From: Zygnema circumcarinatum SAG 698-1b
Taxonomy: Eukaryota; Plantae; Zygnematophyceae
Direction: 5' to 3'
Length of the DNA: 64,000 nucleotides
NCBI GenBank assembly: GCA_037447605.1
Contig: CM074805.1
Span: 3,815,361 to 3,879,360, forward strand
The notes under the pieces are model-generated. The model was not told the DNA's origin. It ran no database searches and saw only the letters and a program-made list of their open reading frames with translations. Positions 26,201 through 38,750 of this stretch are shown here, one piece after another. Made by a program: the position numbers and the translations under genes. Numbering within the stretch: position 1 is the stretch's first letter; the number at the start of each line of letters is the position of its first letter.

Positions 26201-27021
26201 CATGTAGCACATGCCAACGATCAACCACAACAAATGCAATAAAAAAAACCTTAGGTTGTCTGATGGAAAGCTGCCAACGACAGTCACTCTGGATTGTTGA
26301 ACTGCTTTATCACGGCCACAGAGTTTGCTTTTTTAACTAGATGACTATAGTGCAAAAAAGTGGGAAGAATCATTTTGTCTTTAACCTTGTGCGCATTCTA
26401 CTTTTGCTGAATTTTTTTCTACTAGCAATGTGTACATCTGCAAGCACAGGGCTATGTGGTACAGTTATGACCTGCAAGTATAACACCCTTAAGACCTAGC
26501 GAATTTCATTTTTCTCCTCGGTGCTGTTATTTGCAGGAACGGAGAGCAATTGTTGCGGGCTACATTAACCATCCCTCTGTCATCTTCATTCATTTCACTG
26601 TATGTTAGACTTTTGATAAGGTCAGCATCACTGTGATTGAAGGAAAGGGAAAGGCGAGTACAAATTGCCCAGGGATGAGACGGCCAGTTTCCCTCGCTTT
26701 CGGAAGCTTTTCTCCTCTCCTTTGCGCACCCGCAGGGGAGCCAACGCAGCACCCCATGGCCCAACCACAATACCGTAGCCCTAACTGCGGCTAAATGAGC
26801 GCTGCCAGAAGAGCAGGACCCCAAACCGGGAAAACGCTCCCCTTATCAATGTGGAGAAAGACGCCTGCTCAGTAGACCAAAGGCTCAGATGGAAGGTGCG
26901 CATGATGAGGAGGACTTTGTACCTCCCCTTTCGGCGTGAGGGCGAGGGAAGAGAAGAAGTCGGTAACTTTGGCCCAGCTCGTCTGGAACTGCACCGCTGC
27001 AGACGAAGCTGAGGGTTTCAT
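23220..27021 (-). CDS. LRRC57-like small intracellular leucine-rich-repeat protein
   Basis: Exons read VNRVTTWKSTGIVALRDANLK, VLPPQVWEVGMAVRTLDATNNKL, DLPEDIGKLCNLQRL, LGENRLEAVPAEIGCLKSLKIVSLESNQLRALP, LERLSLAKNVLVSLPQTLG, LDVRGNKLSSLPPSIGECTSLEE, NAISELPDSICRLKQLKTLLLDGNSI, LQTLSLHRNP and MEGYIAFERRRKEKVDKQL...GVDYK*. The first exon (27021-26923, MKPS...KGE, phase 0) is the best guess. Confidence 0.88.
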
Positions 27022-27612
27022 GGCGGCCAGCGAGGCAGCAGCAGCGTAGCCGCAGCAGGATGCACAATGCAGAGAGTAACAGAGTGGGAGACTGCAGCGA
27101 GGCAGCCTCTGCTCGCTCTCGCTCGCTCTCTAGTTCAGACCTCACTTCTTCGGCCGACTCGTCTTCTACAACTTGGCAATGGGACCCACATTTGGAATAT
27201 CTTCCGTTAACAAAAAAAAAAAAAAAAATGTCTGGTTACATGTCCAGTGCGTGAGGGCAGCACGATGAAAAAGGCAAGTACAAACTGTACGAGGCGAGAA
27301 GACCCTCGTGGTTTTTAAGCAGAGAAGGGCACGAGCGCTGTTTGACGTTCGAGCCCGGCGTGAAACCGACCGAGCCCGAGGACAGTGCTCGCTTGCAGGT
27401 GGGGCCGCTGGGAAACACGTGGCGCTTTCCCAGTGGTGCCAGCTGGAGCATCCCTCCACGTGGTGGTCGAGGGTTGGCTCAAGGCAGTCAGTCGGCAGTG
27501 GCGCTGCCTCGAAGATGAAGCCGCCGAGGCGTTGCTTTGAAGCGGTCCAGGGAGCGCGCTCCTCCTCCTCCTCGAGCGAGGAGGAGAGGAGGAAGAAGGG
27601 GAGGAAGATGAT

Positions 27613-28217
27613 GATGATCGGTTGATTGACGAAGGATCTGACGGCTCTCGCTCATGCGAATACGAGTGCTCTCAGAGATGAGAAAATAGGAGAGGACGAC
27701 GAGCCGGAGGAGAAGGGAACGAGGAAGAGGACGAGGAGTAGGCGCCACGTGTCGAGGAGGAGCAGCAGCAGCCACAGTCCAGCTAGGTGTTTCAGTTGGA
27801 GCTCTACTCCGAGTTCCAAGGCGCCTCCTCCGTGGAGCGCCGGTTGTAAGCGGCGCCAATTTAGGCTGCCTCGGCGACGCGCTGAAGCTGCAGAACACAG
27901 GAGTAGTCGGCTCCTCCGTTGCGCGCTCGTCACAAGCTGGAGGCGGTCCCCGGAGCTTGAAGTGGAAAAGGAGGGGGGGATAGATACAAGAGGAAAGATG
28001 GAAAAAGGTAGAAGGGCAGTGAGGAGAGAGGGGAAGAGAGAGAGGGGCTGATAGCGCTAGGAGGAGCGGGAGGAAGGCAGAGAGTGAAAGAGAGAGGAAA
28101 AGCGGATCCTCCTCCTCGTTCCCTTCCTCCTCCGACTTGTCCTCCTCTCCGATTTTCTCCTCACTGAGAGAAATCGTATTCTCATGAGCGCCGTCAGATC
28201 GTCGATATACCGATCAC
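27613..28217. repeat. ~115-bp inverted repeat pair (27613-27730 / 28108-28217) with ~377-bp spacer
   Basis: The reverse complement of the left arm aligns by eye to the right arm at roughly 85% identity, with three small indels. Confidence 0.85.
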
Positions 28218-28762
28218 CTGCTTCGTAATGCATTCGCTATTGATCTCCCACGAGCACCCTACTGTTATATGGTAGAAGCGTCCAACATAAGGCCACTCCC
28301 CAGCTCTTCTCAAACATCCCAGTAAGAATGTCGGCACGGCATCAAAAGCATTTTATTTCAAATAAATAACTTTGTACAAATGCTAAGGTCCTAACCTATC
28401 GCAGTAAACCTCGCAAGCTCATTTCAATTAGAGCCGCAAACACAAGAAATAACAGAGGCACCTTCAAGCCGACGCCTCAGATACGCCGCATATTCTGCAG
28501 GTACCGACATTCCCCATTTTAGGGACGCCCATGCCCTACATGCTGTACAGGTTATCAGCACTGCTACCTACCCTAGCCAAGCTTTTCCTCCTACTCAGTT
28601 TCCATCGGATACCGAGAGTTAACAAGGAAAACGGGGACTACAACTCGGTTGGATTAATAGAAATCAGTAAGCTTCATCCCCTCTCATTCTTCTCCAACTT
28701 TAGAATCGAATAAGCGTTTCCCTTACAAAGTAGTTTGGCTACTACAAAGATATTTTTAAAAT

Positions 28763-31700
28763 TTACAAAAGAGGAGCACGATTACTTGTCGAGGGCCGAC
28801 GGAGCATCGGTGCTCCTGGCGGAATCCGCAGCACAAGCTTTGAGGAGTTCCACCCCAATGCAGCTGCCTCGGCCATGAACACTTCAAAGGACTCCTGCAT
28901 CGAACTCAGCGAGCTTGATAGGAGCTGCTTGGATTTGACGTCCATCCCTTTAGAGACAAGCGGATTCCTAGAGTGAGAGGAAGGATTTATACGGGGAATG
29001 AGTGGAGCATCTTCCACAGACGAATTGTGGGCAACAAGTCTCCCAATCGTACTGTTCTCAGGGTGATCAAAGGCAGTCTCATTCTGCAAGAGCCACTCTG
29101 CTTGCCATACGCTTCTGAGAAGAGTCATGCTCGTGGCACCCTCCTGCACAACGGAAAGAAGCACACTTGTAAGACGATTGAAAAACATGCCATTCTGCTT
29201 TGTCTCAGTTTGGCCATAGTCTTATCACAGCCAGGGAAATTGCTAACACCTTTCCGTAAAACGATAGATTCTACGGCTAGTTAGCACTGTCCACCCAAAA
29301 GCGTGTTGTCATGAAAGCCCAACATGGTGCATTCGAGAAAGCGACCACCCTGCATCCACACAAACATTAGTGCATCCAGGACAGGGAACACAGCAGGATG
29401 GTGCAACACATAGGCCGACTTACCTTCAGCAGCATGTAGAACTGCGGCCCTGCTACACGGCCACCCGCAAAAACGAGCACATATTCTTCCCTCTCGTATA
29501 TGCTCAGCAGCTCGTTCACATCCTGCAGCGCGTAATACACCTTTCGGTGGGTTAAACTTGCCGATGCTATCACCCAAACTCTAAGCAATAAGTTTCGTAC
29601 GACAAAGACTTTCTTGGTCAATTGAGCAGACAATCTTGCTCTTTGCGGCAGCGCTGCAGCCCAATCCCTTGTATCCATATCCCAGACTTCAGTCCCATCC
29701 CCCGGATGCCCCCCCCCACCTGCCCTACGACGAGCCCTGTTGCAAGCAGCGTCTCCAGCGAGCAGCCGATCTGCACTCGCGGCCGCGTCCACTTCCGCGG
29801 CATGAGCAGACTCTCCCTCGCGTTGCACGCACGCACGTCTGAAACCACGCAGGAACAAAGAGCAGGGCGCCCCCCATCAGACGCTTAGGGGCACCTTCAC
29901 AAACTGTTTGTCACACTGCTACGGGGCTCAATGCACAAGGGCTGATGCATGCAGACGGTCTCCCTCCTGTCTATGACACAGGCACCCTGTTCGGTCAGAA
30001 GACAAACAAGTAGTGACAAGTTTGAGGTGTGTAGCTCACCAGGCATGGGCAGGCCTGCTACATGTGCCTGCGCCAAGAGTGCTGCACGTTTGAAGTTGAT
30101 CTGCAGACGGCCCGCAGGAGACAACTTTTCAGCATTTGGAGTTGCTTCATTCAACAGCAGCAGCTCGAAACTTGTGGTCATCAGAAGCAAAGACAATTCA
30201 ACTGCGGCTCAGGAAGAAGTCTGTCTGAAACATTTCTTTCCCAGTAATTCTATGATGAATGAATAGCACCTCGGTGCTGCACGCTCACAATACAGTTGAG
30301 TGTGTCCAAAACAGCCCCACAGCAATGCTGGAAAGCCTCTTACCGTGGGAAGTTCGAGAGCTTTGAGAGAGCGGTAGCGAAGGTAAAGATGGACGGCCCG
30401 AAAGGCTGCCCAGACTCCCACCAGACATTCATACGACGCTGCCGCAGGGGTCCGCTGCACCCTCAGAAGCACAAAACGCAAGATGTGAACTCGCACGTAC
30501 TTCAGACACTCTTTCACTTAATGGGACGGCATCCATCAATCTGCCGTATGCAACAAACGGAGGCCACAAAGCCTCTGCCCCTATCCCCTGATCGAGAATG
30601 ACAACCCATTGACTATGCGACAGGTCCATGGGCTACAACAATCCTAAGCGCCCTGACAAGACAGTATACAACATATAACGAAGACGAACAACTCACCAGC
30701 AGCAAGATGCCCGTGCCCAGCCCAAGAAGCTGCCCTCCCACAGCCCAGACCTCCCCTTTGGCAGCCACGTCCCCAACGTTCTCTGCGATCGCAAAGTGAG
30801 TCTGAACCACTCGCGTAGAGGGCTCCTTCAACCCCCTCGCCACCGCCTTAGTCAAATTCCCAAGGGACGCGAGGAGAAGAAAGCTGCCGGGGGCCAAAGG
30901 GGTGGCCAGCTCAAACATGCCTCCTACTGAGCCTATGACGTCGGCATACATACGCCACTGCTTTGGGTCTTCATCGAACATGCTCCCAAACCTCCCTCCG
31001 ATGATGAAGCGGCCTAAGGCACCGATCCCGTCCTTTGTAACCCATTTGATTGCTGCTGTTGCTGCAGCCACAGGGGCGACTCCGACTCCCGAGCCAATGC
31101 CCACAGCAGTGAGGAGGGTGGAGGTGACGAGGGTTGAACAGACCCATCCGGTGACATGCACTGGAAGCTGATACAGCCTGCAGGCGGCCCAGCGGGAAGA
31201 GAGACAGCTTATCAGACGAGTGAACTGGAAACAACGAAAGAACGCAGTTTTGTTCAACACCCCAGAAGTGAGTCAACTTAGGGCAACACAAACGCGTGTA
31301 GCCCTCACAAATTTACGCTAAAGCCAGGATAATTGACCGTACAGATCAATAGGTCTATAGGTCAATTGTAGCGTGAAGTAGAATAGGCGGGGCAATTCGT
31401 GGAGTGGATCATTTTTTATACTAAATGGCTGCAGAGACTACTGAAGATTATTGCTACACATGCTGTTGCATGATGGAGCAGAAAGCTCCTAAGTAAGTAA
31501 GAACATTAATAACTAGCAGTCCTTGCGAAGAAGTAAGTGTAAAGGAGAGCCATCTGTTAAAATAGAATTGCCATGATATTCTGCGGAGGCTACGGATTCC
31601 ATCCACTACGTGCGTCCACTAAGACTTCCGGCTTTCTTGTTTCCAATCGACAGTTGTCCTGAGCTACAGTGTAGGCGTATATCAAACTAAACAGTCATGA

Positions 31701-33370
31701 GACTGTCCGTCACCACTTCTGCTGTTGGAAATAACCGATACTCCGAACAAGGTCACCCTCGGGAACTAGCTGACTTTCTGAAATGATGCCAGACACTCTC
31801 ATCATCCGTTTAGTGCGTTTCCTATACTCAATCCTTTTCCATTTCTTTGCCGCAAGCCGTCCAGGTCACCATTTGGGTCCTACAGAGACCGTGAACTAGA
31901 ACGACCAACGACCTCCTCCAGCTACCTCTCAATGGGAATGTCCTTGCAAAGGGTATTGGAAGCCCACATGTATTGCAGATAATCGTCGGTGACAGTGTTA
32001 GGGAATCCGGCGGGCAGGACAAAATTGCATAGCCTTCTATGAAGCGCCAGGTTCCGAAACCCTTCTCCAATTGAAGCCTTGCCTCGAACTTCCTCCACCC
32101 GTACATCCCCTGATATCTCATTCAACCAGTATTTCCTGCTCGCAAAATGAGAACTCATCAAGTTTCAGCAAACAAATGTTGCAATCGTAAGATCAAACGG
32201 AGGCAATGGTCTCTCAACACATGCCACGCCATGTTAAGTTGCACAACTCAAATTTTGAATCACAGGAGCGAAGCATACGAAATTTGATATTCATGTTCAG
32301 TGTATAGTGTTCTTTGCTTCCAATAAGCGAGGCTCACCTTCGTTTACCCGTGCGAGGACAGTTCTCCTCGAGCACAGTGTGAGGTGTTTTTGAATCCGGA
32401 ATTTCACGTACCGGTGAAGTAATCTCAACAATCCTGCAACCCATTTCTCGAAAAGTTGCTCATTCTAATGCCCATGACACGTGAGCAAACGTGACAATAA
32501 ACTGCAATTGTTTCAAGCAAACACCTCAGTTTTTCTTTTGTCGTTAAGTCCTGTGCGACCAGTTCTCGTGGTTCCCCATGATGATTTTGTCCATGTGCAT
32601 TAAATGGCATCGCCACGGTGAGATCAATGCCACGCCTCGTCCTCATAAAATTACAGAAGTATATGAAATGAAAATGTCAAAACTGCAGTAACGACTTGAG
32701 CACTAATCTTGGCGGATGCCCTGCCCAATTGCATGAATTCTAAACACTTTCTGCCACCGCAAATGGAGTAACGAATGAATGACATATAAAGTATTTACTG
32801 CAGACGCGCAATTTCGAGACTCCTAAGAGTTAAGACGGTGACATTCAAACAGTTAAGCGTTTCCTTAGAGGATCACGAATTGAAAGGCGTCAGCTAAGAA
32901 GTAACGCTGGTTGTAGTGCAGTTCAATTCCCACCCACGGCAAACGCATGACAATGGGATGAAGATAAGCGTATGGAGAAAATAAACGACTTGGCAGAAAG
33001 GAGGAAACGAGAACGACACGAGGTAAAAACTACAGCGATCGCGGACTCAATTGCCCTCACTACGTATAGCTTCTTCCTATATCGAGCACCAGCAAAGACG
33101 TACGACCCCATCTCCTTACCGGGCTGCCTCGAACGGCTTCCGTATCGCGTGTAATTCACATCGCACATGTAATGCATGCTCACGCACTTCATGGCGCCTC
33201 CTCCTAAGCGCTACCTTCACCCCCCCCTTAAACCTGCTGTGCAAGCTACAGTCTCTGTCACCTCGCCAGCCTCCCCCAACTCTCCCTTCCCCCCCTTCCT
33301 CCTCCCCCACAACCCTACCCCCCCTGCCCGCCCTCACCCCGACCCCCACCCCCTGCAGCGCAACCACCAT
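28763..33370 (-). CDS. RUS5: ROOT UVB SENSITIVE (DUF647) family protein, RUS5-like
   Basis: FVLPAGFPNTVTDDYLQYMLYQLP, AAIKWVTKDGIGALGRFIIGGRFG, DEDPKQWRMYAD, LLASLGNLTKAVARGLKEPS, HFAIAENVGDVAAKGEVW, INFKRA and GATSMTLLRSVWQA. The first two exons (33370-33118, ~32435-32337) were joined by phase matching; the start codon is less certain. Confidence 0.93.
32530..32632 (+). mobile_element. Repeat family B, copy 4, inside RUS5 intron 1
   Basis: TTTTCTTTTGTC...TTCTCGTGGTTCCCCATGATGATTTTGTCCATGTGCATTAAATGGCATCGCCACGGTGAGATCAATGCCA, a diverged family member. Confidence 0.7.
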
Positions 33371-33573
33371 CGCCTCTTACGGAATCCCCGCCCCCTTTCT
33401 CCCTCCCTCCGCACGCTCCCCCCTGCCCCCTCTCCAATGGAATGGCGCCCAAGATGCTCCCCAAGATTCCTCCCCCTCCTCTCCCCTGCATAAAAAGATG
33501 CCCCCTCAGATGCTTAAAGAGCCCCCTTACTCTCTCCTTCCCTCCGTCCCTGCGAGGGCGGCCGCAAAGCGCC

Positions 33574-34088
33574 CACGTGGCCCGCCCACAGGGCCAGGTG
33601 CGTCCGCCGTCCCTTCGCCGTCCGCAGCGCCCTCCGCACCATCCGCCGGCGGAAGTTACCAGACGCAGGGCGTCCGCGGACGGAGGGTACCCGCGGTCCA
33701 ATTTGTGAGCGAGGCGCTGCGCGTTTGGGCGCCGCAAACTGCAAATCGTGCAGGATTCTGGAGGCCGCTTTTGGCGCCACGTGGCAGAGAATCGAGGAGG
33801 GCCGCGCCCACCACACAAGAGAACACGTGGTGGGCTGTGGTTGGTGGGGGGAAGGAGGGTCAATCACTGAGGAGCAGAATGCCACGTGGTGACAGCTGGG
33901 TCCTTCGCGTCATACGGCAAGGTGCCACGTGGTTAATGACGTGGCAGCTATTGTAGTACGGCCAATGAGAAGCGAACATGGCGCGTGCCTCCTGTCGGGA
34001 CGGCGCTTGGCGACGGAACTGCCGCATGGAAACGAAGTCCGAGTGCGACCAATCAGGGACCGCTGTAGCACTTGCGGAGGGACGTGGC
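33574..34088. promoter_or_regulatory. Bidirectional promoter (RUS5 / HAD) with G-box cluster
   Basis: CACGTG at 33574, 33778, 33824, 33883 and 33926; GACGTGGC at 33938 and 34081; lies between divergent genes. Confidence 0.65.
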
Positions 34089-34948
34089 AGTCGCTGTGTG
34101 GCCTAGTAGCGGGTGTTATTTGAAGTTTTTGGAGCTGGCGAGGAGGGGGAGGGAGACGGAGAGGGGAGGAATGCAGAGGAGGATTATTGGAAACATTTGT
34201 ATGGGGGGAGGATGGTCATAAACACCCACTCTTCTCCGGCGCAGGTGAGAGCCTGCACTGCAGAAGAAGGATGGCGAAGCAGGATGGGAATCATGCGTGT
34301 GGTCTTGCACGATCGTATATTGTGTGCATACCAATGGAGATCATTGCTGAGAAGTTTATCTCAAGAGATCACACTTACGATAATTATCTGCATGCTGAAG
34401 GGCTATCCGCTTATAAGTTTAGCTCGTTCAAAGGAGATATGGTTTTGAAGTTAGCAGCAAGCGTGCAAGCATTGCTTGTGCTTTCCTTCTGATCTTATAG
34501 ACCATGCCTCTCTAAGGAAATCTTCAAACATGTAGTCAGACGTATTCAAGCGCTGTTACAAACACTATTCACCTTACTTAGAGCGAGGAGGTTCCGGACC
34601 ATCTGTCTTTGTCAACAAAAAAAGCATCGGGATTGCATAAGTGGATTGCTAATGGCAAAAGAAAGGAAAGGTCACAAGGTCAACATGCACAAATAATCAG
34701 AGCAGGTGTCGATAGCGTGCGCTTGGATTTCTAGGGTTTTCCTGATGTGCATTCGTGCATGGTGGCAGCTAGCAGGCAAGCTGTTCTTGGAGAGCCACTG
34801 GAATGTTCGATCTTCCAAAGTGCACTTTGTTCTGAGGAAGGGAAGTCTTCTGGCAGATAACAACCAACCATTCAGTACTGGACTGCTGTCGTCCAAAGCT
34901 TTGCAAGCTTCGCTTCACCGGAAGTGTCCGGGCACTCCAGCAAGTACT

Positions 34949-37179
34949 ATGGCTGTCCTTGATGTTCCGGAGATTCCGAAAGGTAGGTTTGTTTGTGTGC
35001 TGCTCCCCTTGTTTTTTAAAGTTTCTCTGCTGGTTGCGTTGAAGGAATAGTAACGGTATTGGACTTCGAGCTGTCGGATGTGGTAGGATCCGGGGCCCAT
35101 CGGATCTATCATAAACCTTTTAACCAATGTGCCCTTCTGCTTAACTTTCTGGGTCGAACAGTATAACCACTTAGTGATTAGCTTGTCAGGGGCCTCTCAC
35201 AAAGCATCAAGGAAGGCTCTTTTCAATGCTGTCACTACAAGCACAGCAGTCTCGACGAACTGGTTAGGCAAACCGCAAGATATTTGAAAATCAATGAAGC
35301 CATTGGTTCGTAATGCACGACTTCATCACTCCGGTCAATGGGGGAACATCTTTCTTTGAGGCTGTTAAAGCCAGTTAAGTTCACTGGCAAGTAAAACCCT
35401 GAAGTTCACCCTGAAGTCTAAACCATGTCTATTCTGCCGTGACTGCACGCTCAATAGCTCTAATTCAGGTGAAGCAGATCAGCCATGTACCTGTATGGTT
35501 CCAGTGCATCCCCAAATTGTGAGCTGCATAAACAGCGGACATTTTCACTGATACGACACCTTGTGAATGAACGAATACCAGCAACGGGCAAACCTTTTCC
35601 TCCAGTGGACCACCTGCAAGCAGTCTTGTTCGATGTCGACGGAACTCTCGCCAACTCGGACCCTTTGCACTACCTGGCCTTTCGTGAAATTTTGCAGGAG
35701 GTGAGAAAAGAGACTTTTTGCACATCTCCCTGTGCAAATGGCACCTCGAAGTTGTTCTCGAAGTCTGGTTGCAGATGATAGCGTAGTGAAGGAACCAATG
35801 CAGTTTCACATTGCAGACGACTGCAGCTTTTCTATGAAGACTGGCGCTAAGTACCCCTTGTCCGTTTGCATTAAGACGAGAGTAGCATGTCGCTCTGGAG
35901 AAGTTACTGGCAACGGACTCTTGCAATAGTCCAGCATTTGACTAACAGTAGTTGTTTGCTTGCAGGTCGGCTTTCAAGGCGGGGTTCCAATTGATGAGGA
36001 ATTCTTCAACACACGCATAAGTGGCAGGCACAATCCCGACATTGGAGCGGACCTTTTTCCCGACTGGCCAGTGGCTGAGAGGGACGCTCTTCTGGTGGAG
36101 AAGGAGGCACGCTTCAGGAAGTAAGCCTCCGTCAATTTACATGGCACAGCGTGTCCTCCATTCTGAAAATCCTCTTAAAAATGGAGGACATGCTGTTAGG
36201 AGCTTCTTGAACTGTGCATGGCAGTTTGCACTTTGCAGGCTGCGTTGAAATACTTTCTTGTTATCCTAGATTTCAGACCTGGTTGGTGATTTCTTTCTAT
36301 ATTACCGAGGCCGTCTGCTTCTTATTTCCATGAGAGAAATTATCATCATGCAACCAAGTAATCATGCAGATCGCGCTGGTTGCGGCCTGTTCGCGGCTCG
36401 ATTTCAGCAAGAAGCAATAAGGACCCATAGCAAGCTGGAAATTGGGTGTGGTCTGGGCCAGAGTGGCAGCTGAGACGCTTGAGGAAGTGAAGGGCCTGCA
36501 TCGACTATGTGAGTGGATCAAGGCGCGCGGAATTCGGCGGGTAGCTGTTACTAATGCCCCACGGGAGAATGCAGAGCAGATGATTGCGTCTCTGGGGCTC
36601 TCTTCCTTCTTTGAAGCCCTTGTCATTGGGTCGGAATGCGAGCGAGCTAAGCCATTTCCAGATCCCTATTTGAAGGGACTGGAGTGGCTGGGCGTGTCGC
36701 CCGACCATGCGTTCGCTGTAGAGGTAAGGTTCTTGCAAGCTTTTCCACTACCGCGGAAGGCTCTCAGATACTCCACCATTTGAGGGGCCTTCGCAAGATC
36801 ATGACTTTCACAAAAGTAATGGAAGACGTGCTGCATTCGTGCGTGATTTGATGCCTGTTTGCAGAGTAGAAAGGGGTCAAGTCTGAAATTGAAGGTGTGG
36901 GCAGGACTTATACATCAAAACTTTACAAAGGCTAAAGACAGTCGAAACTATGGAAACCTTAAGAACCTTCTTGAATGGGTTTTGAACTTTCTTTGCCTTA
37001 TGCCCTCACTTCTACAGGATTCTCCCTCAGGAATGAGGGCTGCTGTGGCTGCGGGTTTGCCCACCATCGGCATCCTCACAGGGCAGAAGGCGCCTGTGCT
37101 TGAAGCAGTCGGCGCAGCTTTCACCATTACTGACTTCGAGGACCCCAAATTGTGGGAAAAGCTCGAGCCTGCTTCGTGA
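34949..37179 (+). CDS. HAD-like hydrolase (Sgpp/CbbY-type sugar phosphatase)
   Basis: Motif I LFDVDGTLANSDPLHYLAFREIL, then VTNAPRENAE, KPFPDPYLK and EDSPSG, ending DFEDPKLWEKLEPAS*. A longer N-terminus from an upstream exon is possible. Confidence 0.93.
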
Positions 37180-38750
37180 TAGTTTATTAATTATGAGCAA
37201 GTAACCGAACATTGCCGATTGGTTTGGAATGTTGTAGGGAGGCCGTGACAGCATCCACAAAATTCGGTGATTCCGTAGCAGATTGCAGCGAGATTATTAT
37301 CAAGCCTTGTACATTTTTTGGCCCTTTTCCAATTTTTGGCCCTTTTTGAGAGGCCTGCTTTGATCCATGTATGCCCTCATTCAACTGAAGGGAGTCAGAA
37401 GCTTTCGTTAAGCGCGGGATTCTAGGGATGCGCTGTACATTGTTCAGCCAATAAGTGCAGGCATGATGCAAATAGCTTAGACTACGGATTATTAGCAAAG
37501 GGAACCTCTTCTGGGAACTTGAATAGGTCTAGCCATGACTGTTTGAGGGACTTCTGAATCCATATGTATAGATCTTAACTCTCCGTTGAAAATACCAGCG
37601 ATCATGTCGATGATCGCCAATGACTGCATGAGGTAAAGGGCCGCGAGGGTGCGAAACTTGCAGGGAGGGAGATTGGGGTCATTGGAATGCTCTTCGAGTG
37701 ATGGCTTGTGGCATTAGAGTTTTCTGAGCAACAAAATCTCCCACGTTTTCAAAGAAGGAGCAAGGTGCCTCCGTATAGAGGTAACGCCAGCAAAGAGGGC
37801 GTGTGAATGAACGCAGGAGGCAGCATGGGGCATGGGGTGATTGTGCATGGGCATGCCCCGACGCACTGCCGCTCAAAGCTGAAGGAAAATTGGAAGTGGC
37901 GCAACTGTCGCTAGAGGGGAAAGGGAGGGAGGGGATGGGGGTAAGCAGGGAACGATGAGGTTGAAAGTTGCGAATTGTCAACTCGTTGCATGAGGAGGAT
38001 GCACTCGGACAATGAGAAAAAAAAATGCATGGTTCCAGGGAACTGAAACGCCAGACCGCCTGCAGGCCCATGAATGCGGTGTATGTCACAGAAGGGAATC
38101 AAAAGCCAGGGCACAGTCAAAGCTGAATTGCAGTACGCCCTTCAAGCCCTATTCCACACTTCCAACAATTCAGCTCATGGGTCGCTCGAGGATGCCAGAC
38201 GTCGGGGCTTAGGGAGGTTATAGAACCTGCATCTGGCAGGTGGCGGAGAGGGAGGAAGGGAGAGGCGCTGACGCTCTCCTTCCTGCAGCGGCGCCGCACA
38301 TGGGACGACGCTGCGGCGTGAAACAGGGACGGCCCGCAGCGGGTTTCATGGAAAGGGCTGTCGGTCAACCGCATGATGTGACTGCCACGCTACGCGCATG
38401 CTTTTTAGGGTTCCTGACTTCCGGGGACACGGAGGAAACGGCGTGCATGCGAGTTGCATCAACTTATCTCCGTTTGTAACTGGATATTCTCGGTTGAGAG
38501 AGAGCTTTAATCCCGGGCAGTTGCATCAGCCATGCAATGCGGCCCTTCAGCGGCTCGTTTGACTTGCTGCAGGGCATAGATTCGTATCGAAGGAGAATGA
38601 GTTTCTCGCAGTAGATTCTTGATCGAGGGGATAGATGGAACTGCTTTAAACATTGAAATTTTACAGCAGTAAGCTGTAATCAGGCATTCAGCAGATTTCA
38701 TCCGGTTTTTGGAGGAATTTGGTCGAATAAGTTAAGGTGGGGCGGGAGAC

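Noticed and set aside
33051-33956. 301-aa plus-strand Pro-rich ORF
   Set aside because: Antisense to the RUS5 first exon and runs through the C/T tract and G-box promoter; low complexity with no motif.
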